From Chrysomallon squamiferum (Eukaryota; Animalia; Mollusca): DNA of 64,000 bases. Location: NCBI GenBank assembly GCA_012295275.1, contig CM022665.1, positions 26,226,001 through 26,290,000 of the forward strand. The letters run 5' to 3'. Below, in pieces: positions 42,636-57,393 of the stretch. Under the pieces are notes generated by a model. The model was given only the letters and a program-made list of their open reading frames with translations. It was not told the origin of the DNA and ran no database searches. How positions within the stretch are numbered: the stretch's first letter is position 1; every line of letters begins with the position of its first letter. The position numbers and the translations under genes are program-made.

Positions 42636-42692
<57 letters not shown>
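42636..42692. repeat. (CT)n microsatellite
   Basis: Seen directly. Confidence 0.97.
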
Positions 42693-42702
<10 letters not shown>

Positions 42703-44627
42703 TTTTTGTTTCATTCTTACTTTATCTAACTTCAGGATCACAGTCAAAATGTTTATAGGCAAGAAGTGGCATTTATTTCTTTTTGAAGGATGGAGGTTGT
42801 GGTTCAATGTTTGGAACTAAAAACTGGTAAAGGAATCAAATTGGCAAAATAAATATCATATTCAAAACAATATTTGGTGTCAGTTCTGCATCAGTGTATA
42901 ATTATTTCAAGAAAATGAATTTTGTCAAAAAAGATTTCACTGTAAACTGACAGTATACAATAAGAAGCTTAAACTGATATTAACCTCTAAGTCACCTAAT
43001 GGTTCTGTAATATGACTCCTAAAATCTGTATTTATTACACAATGGTTATAAAACCAGACATCCGAGCCTGCACAAATTCATTAAATAGGCGATTAATCTT
43101 ACATACAGTGTCTTTCATTACCAAAATTTAATAATAATAAACTGTAATATGATGTGAAATATAATTGAAAAATAAGTTACAATCTTTTTTTTTAATTAAA
43201 TAAAAGAAAGAAACTGTTTAATATTATTACAATGTCTTTACTAAATTAAATTAAATTAACTATGAAATCTTTATTTCAAAGCAAATAAATAAATAAAACA
43301 AAATAAATAACATGATTATACATGGAAAAAGAATTCTACAAAGTAATATTACATTGCAAAAACACCTTAACTGACATGAGTTCTATTTTATATCTAAATA
43401 ACACTTCATGTATTTGAGTTCTGTATTCTGGTATAGAATGTATTGTCTGTTATATTTTAATAATCACTGTTATATTGTTTGTTTATATATGTGTGTATAT
43501 ATATATATTTGATTTCTGTACTTTAATGTTAATTATTTTCATGTTTTAAGTTCTGTAAATTGATATGCTTGGAATATATCATTCCTAATGTAATATTCTG
43601 TCACTATAGTATTTCAAGATTATTTGTATTCTGTTTTCTCTATTTCTGTCTCTAAATTTCTGTTACTTTTCAGTTTATTTATTCAAGCATGAATAACTCC
43701 ATTTTGTTTTTACAGTTGGCTCCTAGTAACAGAGAATGATTCTTATGCTATTGTAGCCATTGAAAGATCACTGAGGTTTTTTTATCCAAAATCTTCAGAT
43801 ATAGAATGATAAAGATAATTTTTATGGTTAAGAAGAGAGATTTATTAAATTAAACACATTCTTGTTTTTGAATTCTGTTCAGTGAAGTATAAATCATAGC
43901 AGTTAAAAATTAATAAATTAGTCTGTAATAATTTTTCACTATGTGAATAAGAGTGAAGAGAAAGCTGTAAACAAAATGTGGACTATTGGGCAAATATATA
44001 TAATTAAAAATTTAACTGGCTAATTAATTAAAATAAATAAATAAATAAATAAAAAATAAATAAATAAGCTTCAAATAAATAAACTTCAAAAAAAAGAAGA
44101 AAAAAAGAAGATATATAAGAAAGTCATTCTATTTTTATACAAATTTATATATATATATATATATATAAATTGAATTCATTTTACCTTTATTCTTCTATTT
44201 TTAAATTTTTAAATAAGGCTGCCATAAGCTAGACCAAGTGCTTTTTTAAAATGAATTTATTATGAGGTGTTCACAAGTAATGGAACTTTTAACAGTTAAA
44301 ATGGATGAAGTTGGAAAGTTCCAGTGAGATAGTAAATAATTGTGACAATATTTGAAGTGGTCATCTGTCATTTACTGTGCTGGGTTGATTGCATGTTCCC
44401 TGGAGAAAGCCTGCCTGTAATAGAAATGAAACTACAGTGAGACTTAGTGGCAAACTTTGATCAGATTGTGGCTTTGATGAATGTCTTATGTCTCCTCTGT
44501 CTCAGCCCTATTCTATCAGGCACAGGCTTCAGCTCTTGAGGAATAAAGAAAATAAATAAAATAATATTTATAGCATCATCTTTGAGCATGGCTTACTCTC
44601 TCTCACTCAAAAGTATTTTACCAGATA

Positions 44628-44897
44628 CTAATGGTGATAATAATAATAAATAATGTTAAATTTAGCATCTGCATTGTTAGACTTTATTATTTTTATTATT
44701 ATTTTTGTTGCTTGTGTTGTTGTTGTTGTTGTTACAAGCACTACACCTGTTATTACTGTTACTGCTGCTGCTACTATCACCATTTTATTACTACCAACTA
44801 CTACTCCTGCTAACATCATCATCATTCTTCTTCTTCTTATTATTATTATTATTATCATCATCATCACTGTAATTAATAATAATACTAGTAGTAGTAC
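44628..44897. repeat. Degenerate trinucleotide low-complexity tract (AAT/GTT/GCT/ACT/ATC/CTT)
   Basis: Seen directly; produces homopolymeric spurious ORFs. Confidence 0.85.
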
Positions 44898-45580
44898 CTA
44901 AAGATGGCAGACTGGAGGTAATGTCATGCCAGTCAGTTTTAAGACAAAAATACATAAAATGTCCAAAAATCCTTGTTAAGATTTGCACTGTACTAAACTA
45001 TGTATTCTTTACAATATTTCTTTGAAGTGCTTGAAAACATGAAAAACAAAAAAAAGGAAAACTCTGACACTGAAAATGAGACAAAGATGATTACTTTGTC
45101 AGTATATTTCATCAGAAAAGATGGATGAATGAGATCTGCAGAGAATCATCAGTTGAAATCTGTATGAAGTGAAGTGGAAACTTTGCACACTTTTTAATCA
45201 GTCATCACCACATGGCCTCTAACACTTTTTATCTGTGTGAATATTATTGTACAATTAAATGACTCATCCAATTAAAAACCAGTTTTGGTCTTTGATCATT
45301 TTCAGAGCTTTTTGCTTTGTTTTTTAAAATAATTTTTCGGTAAAATAATTTTGTTTATGATTATGATAAAGAGATACAAGAATTATGATTAATTTATATT
45401 AAAAAATTTCTCTTAAATGTGAATGTAATTTGTTTAATGTCAAATATTTCACAAACTTCATCATAATTAGACAATTATGCTTTATTAGTGTCCAGTTGTA
45501 AATAATAATGTGATCTTTTAATGTCAGTTCAGTGATTTACTTACATAACAAACAAAATAATTAATATTTGAATATGCTGG

Positions 45581-45790
45581 AATGAATGAATGTTTGCTTA
45601 GGAACCTCATGAGATCTTTATTTTAATTATTGTTAGTTATCTGACACTGTAATATTGTAATAAAACCGAGAGAAAGGAAACTATTGTCTCTACAGAGAAG
45701 TCATCAAACACTGGCTGATATAGAGAAGTGGTCCAAAGGGGAACTGTGGAGAAATGATCCTGTAGTCCATAGTTTCTGTACTGACTTTGA
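45581..45790 (-). mobile_element. Decayed, internally deleted SINE copy
   Basis: AATGAATGAATGTTT tail, GAGAAAGGAAAC, ACACTGGCTGA..GAGAAG..CCAAAGGG..AATGATCC, collinear with 53035-53090. Confidence 0.5.
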
Positions 45791-45873
45791 ACTTAACCTA
45801 AAATATGTATCTATGAAGACAAGGGAAATCAGCTAAGGTAACAATGTTAAAACTATTAGGTAATGTCTCAAAT

Positions 45874-46046
<173 letters not shown>

Positions 46047-49000
46047 TAAGTGAACAAAATTGGAATAAATTACCTAAAATTTGATCTCACTGATTGGTCA
46101 AAACAAAGCTCATACATTATGGCTAATTATTTTCATAAACATACAACTGAAGATTGACATTTTCACCTACAATAATTGATATTTTGACCACTGACATTTT
46201 CATAGTAGACATTTTCACATTTGGGATTTTATTCTACAAGCAATGACTAGAGGTCAATAGCTATATCCATTACTTTCTGGTCAGCATTTTCTATTATAAT
46301 GTTAATAATATTTTCCTGTCCAGAGGAACTAATAACCAGTGGTCAAACAATGGGCAACACAGACAGTGCATACAAATCTGCATGTAGCAATATTTGATGA
46401 GTGGTCACTAAACATGAGATGGCTAGAAATGGTCTGATGCTGGAGGCAAAAACAAATAAAATATGAGTAATAAAACAAATGAAACAAAAGCAATACAGGT
46501 AATTTTGAGGGTGTGCAGGGCGATGGAAAAAATGGAAGGAAGAAAACTATGTACATGGTACTAAAAGCTACCACCACTGAACATGATTTTATTTGACTCT
46601 GAAACTCTCATTATTAATTTGATAATTTTTAAATAGCAATGCATGTTAATTATTCCTTCCAGACTTATGGCTGAAGTTAGAGTCTGTTGCTATTTTATAC
46701 ATCTGTGTCTATTTTGACCCATGTTTTAGTATATGATAATTAATCATTTCAGACAAAAACATGTTTCAAATGTCACCAAAAATGTGTGGAAATGCACTTT
46801 GATGAATGTTCAAATAAAAAACTTTCTTAAAACAAAGGAATATTATTTTAATGCTAAATTCTTCTCATTTTATATTATATGTTTGATCATTTAAAAGAGT
46901 GCAGCCCTCTGGCTTTTAATACTTCACTTCTTTTCACACTGGCCAGACTTTCTACTGCTTCTACAGAGAAGACTATAGACATTTCAGAAACCCTAATCAT
47001 TGTTGTTTTTATTAAAATTGTTTAGATGGAGTATTTAAAAATGTTCATTTATTTAATTTGTTTGATTTGCTCTGTATAATATTAATAATGTTTTGTATAA
47101 TCTGTGAGAATGATGAATTTCTATACTATTTGATTATATATTCCTCATCATATTAGTTCCTTATAAAAGATTTATTCTGCATGATATTGCACAGAATGAT
47201 AGACATTAATAATGATTTAGCAGAAATTATTATTATTACTAGTATTTCGTTTTTATCTTATGTGGTACAAAACCTGAAGAAGAAAATTTTAAAACTAAAA
47301 AGTCTTTAATTTGTAAAATAGTGTGATCATAATCTGTGACAGTTAATTTCTTTCTAGTTGATTGATAATGGTATTCTTGAACTTGCAGCAGTACAATTTT
47401 TTTGCAGAATATTAATACAAAACAGTTAAAATTATGACTGACACCTAATAACTGATAATATTTTTGAAAACTGTTTAGATATCATTAACAAATATTCGTT
47501 CATTCAGTAAAAATATCTCAGCATTTTTCTCATGAACATGTACTGAGCTGACTCTTCTTCAGTTAACTAAACAAAATTGTAACTGTATTATGGAACAGAG
47601 CATTTTGTTACTGCCTGGACATTGTCCAGTTTGAACAGCAGACATCTCCTCGTCATTCCATGAGAACAAGATCATTCAGAATACATTTGTTGTGCTTGGT
47701 TTCTAAGCTTGCCATAATCTTATTTTACTGGGTTTCTGAAATGTCTATAGTCTTCTCTGTAGAAGCAGTAGAAAGTCTGGCCAGTGTGAAACAGAGTATG
47801 ATTTTGTCAGTGAAACAACCCTTGGCATGTTGTTGGTCATGCAGATAACATCAGTATCACAGCAGACCACTTCAAACATTCTCTTGATGTGTTTATTTAC
47901 AAAACAAATTTTCAACTTATAAACTTTCTCACTTGCAGATTATTTGTTATCTTATAGGTTTCTTCTAGGGTTTGTTTCACTGCCAGTAATTGTCTGAAAG
48001 GAATTGTTATACATACTGTGGTGTGACTGTAATGTCTTTGAATTGATGATGACAGAAAAGTTATGATGTGACTCCCTCCTCAAGAAAAAAATAAAATAAA
48101 ATAAAAAATGTAGAAGTTGGTGAGAGCTAGTGTCAAACTTAACTGGCCCCCTGCCTCTGCCATGTGTTAGTTATCTTACTGAATGTCAAATTTATTATTG
48201 TTGCAGGACAAATTGGAACATATTTGACTTAAATGTTGCCATTAACATCATTCTTTCACCATAACTGTTTTCTTTTTTGAGGGTGTGTGTGTGCGTGTGT
48301 GTGAAGATTTATATAGGTATAGAAAATGACATATGCTTATCTTAGAACATGTCTTATGAATTTGAAACCAGATGGTTCATATCATTATTATATATCTTTG
48401 TTTGAAGTCCATAGGCATGCAGAATCAGACAAACAGGTTAATTTACACTAACTAGTTAATTCTCTTTTAAACGTAATCCATGTATACTGTTTCCACACTC
48501 TGAAAAAAAAAAAATTTAAAAAAAATAAAATAAATAATAATACTTCTAATAATAAATTAATAAATAAATAAATAAATAAATAAAAAGTCAGTAAATAACA
48601 TGACAAACAAAACAAACCAAAAACAACTCATTCTTTTTTTGTTACTGAAGACACTACAAAAATATTAATTATATTATGAGTCAAAATAAAAGGAATATAA
48701 AAAATGTGATAAATAAGGGTAATTGTTTATGTTAATATTTTGTATTTATTTACCACATAAAATTACTGTTTTATTTAGCAAGCATCCTCTAATATAAAAG
48801 ATAGTGATTTATTTGAACTTATTTGCAAATAAAATCTTTAGTCATTTTTTAAACTGGATTTTTGAAAATCATACACTTTAAAAACATTAATTTTTAGAGT
48901 GTCTGAAATTTTGTAGAAAAAAATTAAAAATTAAGAATTAAAAAAACAAATTATAAAATTGCATTTAAGTATTCTCTTTTTTCTCCAGCAGTCTAATTTA

Positions 49001-49680
49001 TTTTTGAGATTCATCATTTTTATAATGGTCCACTAATAATACCTTACAGTCATTAAGTTTTCTTTTTTGTCAAGAGGACAGAAATGAGACCTTAGAGTTA
49101 ACGATAAGTAATAAAACACACACACATACTCTGTATGTGAGTGTATTAAAAAAAAAATTCTTTAGAGAACTTAAAATTTAGAAAAGTTCAGACCAATAAT
49201 ATATTATGTGTTTCACTTAGTATAGCACACCAGTTAGCAATAAATTTCTGTGTTTTTGCTGACTTTATTTCTTAAAGTCATTAGTTGTATTTTCACAGCT
49301 GGTTTCTTTTTCATTATAAAGCCAATTTAATAGACAGAACAGAAGAATCAGGGATAGCAGTGCAGTAAAAAGATAATTGCTCCACAGTAAATTTAACATT
49401 AATAGCAAAATGTTTGAGTTTTAATCTACAAATGCACTCACTCATAATTCAAATGGTGCATTTTGCTTTGGTTAATTACTCTTTTTTATTATTATTCATT
49501 GCCAGTTTTTATGTTTCTTTTATGAAAAGTGAAGTCAGAGACCAGAGAGAGAAAACATACTCTGTTTTCTAAAACAATAGATAAAAACAAATTTATAATA
49601 ATGTGTTGAAATGTTCCCGCTCTTCATTGATAATGGTTTTTAAAGTAGGATAGTTTCATATAATTGTTAAAACAAATGAG

Positions 49681-49871
49681 AAAGACACACTCAACACATT
49701 TGTATTCTGTATAACATCATACATATAGTAAGGTAGCACCAGATTAAGCTTGTGTCTGATCTGTAGAAATGGTATAAAAGGGCCTAATTTTTATTTTATT
49801 TTATTATTATTATTTTTTTTTTTAAGTTAAGGATCACACAGATACTGACCAAGAAAACTTTGCCCCCACCA
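49681..49871 (-). mobile_element. SINE 3' fragments (interrupted or duplicated)
   Basis: GACACACTCAACACATT..ACATATAGTAAGG and GTTAAGGATCACACAGATACTGA..GAAAACTTTG; similar to 4278-4360. Confidence 0.5.
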
Positions 49872-49993
49872 AAAATATTATACTGTGATTCTTTAAAAAT
49901 CAAAAATATTTATTCAATTAGATAGATAATATCTGAAAGTTACCACAAGAAATTTAATGAACATTCTAAATCACAAATAATCACACACAAAAA

Positions 49994-49998
<5 letters not shown>

Positions 49999-50068
<70 letters not shown>
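49999..50068. repeat. (AAT)n microsatellite
   Basis: Seen directly. Confidence 0.97.
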
Positions 50069-50495
50069 TGTAATTGTAAGTTATGGTGGAGGTCACAGAT
50101 ATTCACTGAAGTCATAATTATGAATTACAGACATATATGTTTGTATGTAAGAGATGACAAAATAACTGACAAGAATCTACAAAAAGTGAACACAACTATC
50201 ACAGACAATCAGAACTCAGCCACAACATGTAGAATCACTGTTAATCCCTCATTAGCTGCACACCTTGTTATTACAAGCGGTTGGCTGGACATCAAAGAGA
50301 ATGGCACAGACAAGTTGTTCTACACCAGTCGTAAGATAGCAATCAGCAGGCGACTAGCAGCAGCTGGCAAATGGAATCATTAGCTCACACACGCCACTCT
50401 GTGATCTGCAACAAACACAATAAAATTAGGCTTTGTGCAGTTCACTGGATGTTGTGAACCATGGTATAACACTGGAGGAATCCTCATCCAAAACT

Positions 50496-50648
50496 AATGC
50501 AAATATTATCTTCATAATCTGGTCTCAGAGATGAATTTTATTTTCATAAACTGATCTCAGATGTAACATTTATCTTTGTAATCTGGTCTCAGACGTAAAT
50601 ACTATCTTTGCAATCTAGTTTCTGATATCAAAGATATCCTTTAATCTA
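50496..50648. repeat. Minisatellite, 32-bp unit x ~4.5
   Basis: TATCTT..TAATCTGGTCTCAGA anchors at 50507, 50539, 50571, 50603, 50635. Confidence 0.8.
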
Positions 50649-51779
50649 TCATAGTCACTTGATGCTTGAAGTTTTCTCTTATTTTTATATGTTTACATAG
50701 ACAGAAAGGAAAGATAATTCTGCAGATTATTTTTTTTCCTTAGTTTTTACTGTTCACATGTGTCTCAGTATGGTATTGTGTAAAGACAAGATTTAGTTAA
50801 GTGATTCTACTTCTTATATTCCAGATTTCTTAAAACCAAGTTTGAAAATATCTTAAGCATTAAAATATGAAAATATTAGATTTGTTAGCTTAAGAGATTA
50901 TGATATATACCTAAAGTAGCTTTATTTGTCTTTTTAGCCATGGCTGTTAGCTGTGTGTGATACTGACACACTACCTTTATTTTCATCATATTTAATTGCA
51001 GCTAATATTTAAAAAATATTGCTTAACTTAGTTATACGGTGATGATGACCAGCAGTGACTTCAGTTTGTGGTGAAGCATTTAAATTAATACATTTTTCTA
51101 TGTTTTTAATCACATTAATACTGCAATACACTTTAAGTGATACAAAATTCAACAGCTAGGTTTTCCGGGATTTATTAATACATTTCCCATTTCAACTTTT
51201 TCTAAGGTTCAAACAGACCATCTGAACTCATTATTCTGGATTGACTGTCTATGATTATTTTCCATTTAATTGTTGAGATTTTTGCCAAGCTTTTAATTCT
51301 TCTTATTTCTTTTGTTTTTCAATGACTATATTCAAATTTGTTTAATGCTATACTGTACTGAACAAATGTCTTGTAAAAATGCTTGGTTCTTAACTACAGT
51401 TGTTTCACCTCTAAAATACACTTGTTTAGAAGTCAAACCAATTGTTTATTTGTCCAGTACTGCAAGTACCAGGTAAAAAGCAGCTTGCAGTCTTTACTTT
51501 TACAGGATGTAAGCTGCAAGCACAAGCTTTTATCAACTTTTTTGTCTATAATCTGTCTGTCTGTACAACAAAACATTTCCTGCCACACGTTTATACAACT
51601 TCACAATCTTTACTTGAAACAAATTGCAAAAAAAAGAAAGGAAAAACAAAAGATTAGAAACAACAAAGCACAGTGTTTCGAAAAAGGAAGGTGGTAATTC
51701 ATGTTTATACATACATACACATATTCATAGGTATATATATATCTATGTACTTAACTACTCATTCACAAAAATACATAAA

Positions 51780-51781
<2 letters not shown>

Positions 51782-51823
<42 letters not shown>
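51782..51823. repeat. (CA)n microsatellite
   Basis: Seen directly. Confidence 0.95.
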
Positions 51824-51824
<1 letters not shown>

Positions 51825-52169
51825 CAAGGAAACACCACACATTTGAACCACATCAGAGAACTACTAAGACGAATGTTAACCTTCAATCATGTGTGAAACA
51901 AATATAAGTTACTAACAGTCATTTTTTTCCTTTCTGGTATGATGTATCTGTCCTGTTTCACTAGCAATAATTTATGTCAGACTAATGTAGCTTTGACTAT
52001 TGTTAAAGTTTTTCCCAGATGTTATTGTCCATTCCTGTCTTCTCTGAGTGATTGGTGAGAGATTTTTACCTAGTGAGTCTGTGAGAAAGATTCTAATACA
52101 GGATTATTTCACGCATTCTTTCAGTATTGGTAATCGGTAACTCGAGACTCACTGACCTTAATTTTCTGC

Positions 52170-52934
52170 TAGCTTGAATGGATACAGCAGTGTCAACATA
52201 GTAGAACATGAGGTTATGTTTTGTACTGTATAAATGATGATTAAATTAATATGTTAGCATTTGAATGGATGTAATAATATTAATAAAAAACCGAATAACA
52301 TTTTATTTTGTACTGTCTGAATGTAGATTAAATGAATATGGTAGAGTTTGAATTGATACAGCTGTAATGACAGAGAGAAAATTATGTTACGCTTTGTACT
52401 GTACAAATGAAGAATTAAATTAATGTGGTACAATTTGAATGGATACACCAGTATTAACAAAATTGAATATTACATTATATTTTTAACTGTAAGTTTAAAT
52501 AAAATTAAAATTAAAGAACTTTAATGGTTAAAACAATAATAATTGAAGAGTAAATCTTGTTATGTTTTGTATCTGTACAAATAAAGAAAAATTATTATGA
52601 CAGAATTTGATTAGTTACATCAATAATGACAGTGAAGAAAATCATTTAATGCTTTATGCTGGACAAATTTACATTAAATTATGACAGTAGAGTTTGAATG
52701 TATACTGCAATCAACAGAACTGACTATAATAATGTATTTTGTACTGTAGAAGTGTAGATTAAATTAATATGGTAGAGTCTGAATTAATACAGCAGTGATG
52801 ATAGAACAGAAAATTAAATTTTTTACTGTCTAAATGATGATTAAATTAATAAGATATATTTTGAATGGAGATAACATTATCATGTAAATAGAAAAGGTGT
52901 GCTATATTTTACAAGTTTAGATTAAATTAGTATG
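52170..52934. repeat. Degenerate minisatellite, ~87-bp unit x ~9
   Basis: TTGAAT(G/T)GATAC-like anchors at 52174, 52261, 52348, 52435, ~52521, 52607, 52694, 52779, 52861; TTTGTACTGT and ATTAAATTAAT recur in register. Confidence 0.85.
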
Positions 52935-53135
52935 CATGGAAATCTACTGTTTTCAACAATAGCAAGAAATGTTTTATATTCACTGTTCCACAGATATGGT
53001 AGTACATATTATGATCTCTCTTACATCACTTGTGGAGCAATGGCTAGAACAAGAAATTGCTTAATGGGTAAACCATAAAGGAATGATCTGACAACCCACT
53101 CCACCTTGAACAAAGTCTCTGCCACAGAGCTTCAG
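52935..53135 (-). mobile_element. Decayed tRNA-derived SINE, best-preserved copy (5' half)
   Basis: Minus strand begins GAAGCTCTGTGGCAGAG (A-box-like)...CAGATCATTCC (B-box-like), then TTCTAGCCATTGCTCC, a core shared with the copies at 19289, 25650, 27741, 2845 and 45581. Confidence 0.7.
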
Positions 53136-53944
53136 TGCTAAGAGAATAGAGAATCACATTGTATGTTGCACATGTAAAAATAAAGATTAAAATAAAATGG
53201 CAGCAAAAGGAAAATTAAAAGCTATTGCTAAGAATAATAGAGATAATGAGAAAGGAAATGAACCCAGGAAACATAACACACCACCAGCTGTTAATATAAT
53301 AAAATACAAAAGAAATTATTAATAACTGCATAACAAAAAATCATGCTCTAAATTTCATATTTTTTGGTCTGTATTCATTTTTTTTTAAAACCAAAATATT
53401 GCAAAAACAGTTTCTTATAGTTAAACATCTGCCATTTAATTTTATATTTCAAACCTCAGTTTAATAATCAATGGTAAATTATAAATTTTGAAAAAAAAAG
53501 TAAAAAATGTAAAATTATAATTTGAGGATGTCAGAATCAGACATGGTCTGTTTCTCCTCATTATTGTAATGCTGCAGAAATGTGGCAAGAATTCCAAACT
53601 TGGTTACGATGATTGATAATTAGTTTTCAGTCAGAGGTACAAATATGTTTGGTGTCTCTTAAAATCACTTTGAACATCTGCTACAAACACAGTGGTTTAT
53701 CTCCACAAGATTATTTTTGCAATCTGCACGTGCTCAAGTTATTATTTTCCTCTGGCCCTCTGTTGACCTGTGTACATATTACATCTACAGGCTGCAGCAA
53801 AACTCTTCAGACTTTTTGGTCAATGTTAGAATCCTCATCAGTGTAAACAGTGATCTCTTGCTGACAGAGTTTCCCCAGGTAATTGTTAGTGATATTTCAG
53901 TAATTAGCAGGCAGGGGAACACTGGGGGTAATCTTGAAATGTGC

Positions 53945-54496
53945 TTCCCGTTAAAATCTGCTAGGGCAGGTACTACAATGTATTGAGTTCCAACTTACAA
54001 TGTATAGTATTTCAACTTGGACATTTTTAAATTATGTTCTGCTTTGAAATCTTTGAGGCCAGGTATTGAAATGAATAGAATTTCATCTTAGAAATTTTAA
54101 ATGGTTCTTTTGGTTAAAATCTGTGAGACAGGATACTGCAAGGTATAGAATTTCAAATTGAAGAATAAAATTATAATTTATAAAGTTAATATCTGTTAGA
54201 CCAGGTATAAAGTGTAAACTTGGAAAATTTGAAATATTATTTAGGTTTATTTTCATAAGCTGAGAATTTGAAATAATGATTTGTTTCAAATCTGTGAGGG
54301 CAATTATTGCAATGTGTTGAATTTCATCTTGGAAAATTTAAATATGTTTTGGTTTCAACTTTCACACACTGGATTTTACAAATTTAAAATATGTTTAGGT
54401 TAAAATCTTTTAGATCTGGCATAACACTGTGATTTTTCAACTCGGAGATCTTAAAATTATGTTTTGGTTTCAATGTGTGAGACTAGTTATTGCAAA
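53945..54496. repeat. Degenerate minisatellite, ~70-bp unit x ~7 with internal indels
   Basis: AAATCTGTGAG.CAGGTATTGCAATG-like anchors near 53954, 54047, 54117, 54189, 54288, 54403, 54471. Confidence 0.75.
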
Positions 54497-54703
54497 GCAG
54501 GCCTATAATTTTTCATTTGAAGGGTGTAATGTATAATAGTTCAGTCTAATTTCACTAGGTTGAAAAGAAAGTTAGTGTCAAAAGTGTAAAATGGACATAT
54601 ATGTGATTTTTATTTTCAGACCGATATCTTTCACTTCAGTATAATAAAATACAATTCATAATAATGATGCCACCTTTTCTGAAACCCTGGATCTGCCACT
54701 GCA
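54497..54703. mobile_element. Short repeat remnant ending in CCTTTTCTGAAACCCTGGATCTGCCACTG
   Basis: The 3' terminus resembles 33881-33907 (CTCTTTTCTAAAAATCTGGATCTGCCT) and 11021-11041; the complement GGGCAGATCCA occurs at 1270 and 13813. Confidence 0.35.
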
Positions 54704-57393
54704 TCCTCCATTTCATTATTATCATTTTACTAACTCAATTTTTTTAAATTTAATCAATGTTTAATCAATTCTGAATTTTTGACTCTTTATTATTGGTGTT
54801 CTGCACTGCAATACATAACTTCCACTTGATGTGAAGATCAAAGAACATTATACAATCACTAACCAAATATCAATGATTTCTTTCCACTTTTTAAACATTT
54901 ATCATGTCTGCCTGTGATCAAACACTTATGCCAATATCCCTTAGCTTCTTCTAAAACTGATAAACATTCAAACTAAACATGTGGAAATTTAATCTAATTT
55001 AAATTAATTTAGATAATGAATTATGATGATACTGGCAGAGATAAAACTTAGTAATTTCCTAACAGTACTCCTGGGAGTTCCAATGAGCTGCATGGTTCTC
55101 GTGTTTACAAGTCATTTTCATCCTGTCTTCTGGCCATGCGTGATATGGAAAGTATTTTCCAAACACTGTTAGTTTGCTGATTTAATGGAACGTATCTGTG
55201 AACACTTTAATACCATGAGGCTGATCAGATAAGACAAACTTTTCAAAGGAATCTGGGACTGAAAATCTTTTCTGTTCATCTGATCTATTGTTTCCTCTTT
55301 GATCTGAAATAGAAATTTTTACTTTCTTGTCTTTGTTAAACACATTAAATGTTTGACACTGGCTGGAGAATGATGTTTCTTTCTTGCATATCCAGTTTTG
55401 GTTTGGTTTGATAACTTCTTTTTTTTTTTTTAAATTATCATTTTTGATATTTTTGCCAATTAGTTTTTTTTTTTTTTTTTTTTAATTCTTTTATCTATAC
55501 TTTTTTAAATATATTTTTAAACATTTAAAATTCGTAATGACATTTCTTTTTGTATTTCTAGCCTTTTTCTGTTGTATTACCGTTCTTCTTTTGTTTCTTA
55601 ATTTCAAAAATTTATAAATGTTGGCTTTGTTTTTCTTCTGTTCATTAAACATTTAAAATTCCATAAAACAAAATGCATCCAAGGAATTTTGTTCTTTATT
55701 GTTTTGCTTATCATTGTAAAACATAAATTCCTGGAATAAATGTTAGGTTATTAATAAAATAAAATAAAAAAAAGAAGTGAAAAGACTCTCTTTTTTCACT
55801 TAAAATTAGAACCATTTTCTTTTTACTTTATAAATACTTACTTCATAACATAACTTTATTTGAAATGAAGATGACTAAAACATTTATCTGTTCATTCAAT
55901 AAAGCAGCCACTCTGATTGAATGTCAACCTGAAAAAAAGAAGAACAAAAAAAGAAAAAAGAAACATCTTTGGAGTCTGTTTGATGTTAATTTCTTTATTT
56001 TGTTTTATTCTGATCCCAATAAATGGCTGAGAAATATTTATTTGTTCATCCATTGGCATGCCACTTGTTTGTCAGGTGTGCCTGTTACACTAATGATCAG
56101 AAGCTGGCCACTCTTCAGTTGTGGAGGTCAGAAAATGGTTTGAATTAATCGTCTGACTCGTCCCCATTCATCCTTTGTTGATATGCAAGACAAGAAATTT
56201 GGAGAATGATAATGCACACCACAGTAACATGTACACGTGTATCTCCAACATGGTTGCAGCCATCTTTAGTGGACATGGAGCATAACTTTTCATTAATCTA
56301 TGTCTTGATTGATGATGGTCGTTTTGGCACAGATTAGACTGAAAAATGTTTCATGTCTTTGACCTCATCCACCACAATTATCTTCTGTTATCATAAGTGG
56401 AGTAGAATTAACTGTTAATGGCCATGAAAAATGTGTGTCACTAATGCAACCATTGCTTCAAGACTTTTCACTATTTTGTGTTGATGTATGAGGTCATGTG
56501 TATGTTTGTGACAAGTGGACAGAGTGAAACTGCAGTGGACTGACCCTGTTATTTTGAAGTGGCCTGTAAAAAAACGTTGAGAATAAATAAATAACTAAAT
56601 ATGTAATACAGTTACATAACTATGTACCAAATTCCAGACTATCAGAATTTGTATCAAGTAATTTACTAATGGTATTACTGGTGATAATAGCAGTACATAT
56701 AAGAAAGAAATACTAAGTTATGGTATTAGTAGAAGTAGTATTGGGGGCAGATTGACAATTTGAGCAATGTCAGGTGGTCTGGGTAATAAAATGGGCTTCT
56801 TGGCTGGACAAAAAAAAAATAATAACAATAAAATAATAATAATAAACACACACAAAAAACCAAAAAAAAAACCAAACAACAGAAATAAACATAACAACAA
56901 CAAAATATTAATGAATAGTCAGCTGACCTAGTCATTGAAGATGCTCAAGCCAATTTTTAAGATCTGGTCCACTACTGAGTAGTAGCATCAGTCACAGCAG
57001 AAACAGTTTCAGTGAAAGCAATGACCACAAAAATAATGTAATGACCACATTCAAAATAAGGCACCCATGCACTAATGGAATCCAGTTTTATGGAAAGAAA
57101 GAAAAGCTGATCTTTGTCTTGTTCCAAATGTTTTACTTTTAAAAATATTCCACATTCTGTAGTTGTAACATATAGCAAATACTTTGCTAAATATTAATAA
57201 ATAAATAAATTATATTTTCATTATCTGCAGTATGAAATAGGCAAAGTTATGAAACAGGTCATCCCTTACAAGTATCACATCAGCTTGTCTTATTAGTCAA
57301 CACTGTCCTTTTCAAAATAAGATTAAAATCACTAAGGACTTGGAATGGTACAAATAGTTTTTATTAGTGTATAATGTGACTAGTGGTTGAAAC

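Noticed and set aside
44628-44901. Mucin-like or transmembrane small protein (poly-T/V/I ORFs)
   Set aside because: Open frames on both strands arise from trinucleotide low-complexity sequence.
52170-52934. Regularly spaced repeats as a CRISPR-like array
   Set aside because: The whole unit is homologous and degenerate with no unique spacers, the context is eukaryotic and there are no cas genes. The same applies to the 32, 44 and 26 bp arrays.
53040-53135. tRNA gene
   Set aside because: A/B-box-like motifs are degenerate, no cloverleaf is evident and the sequence continues into the SINE core.
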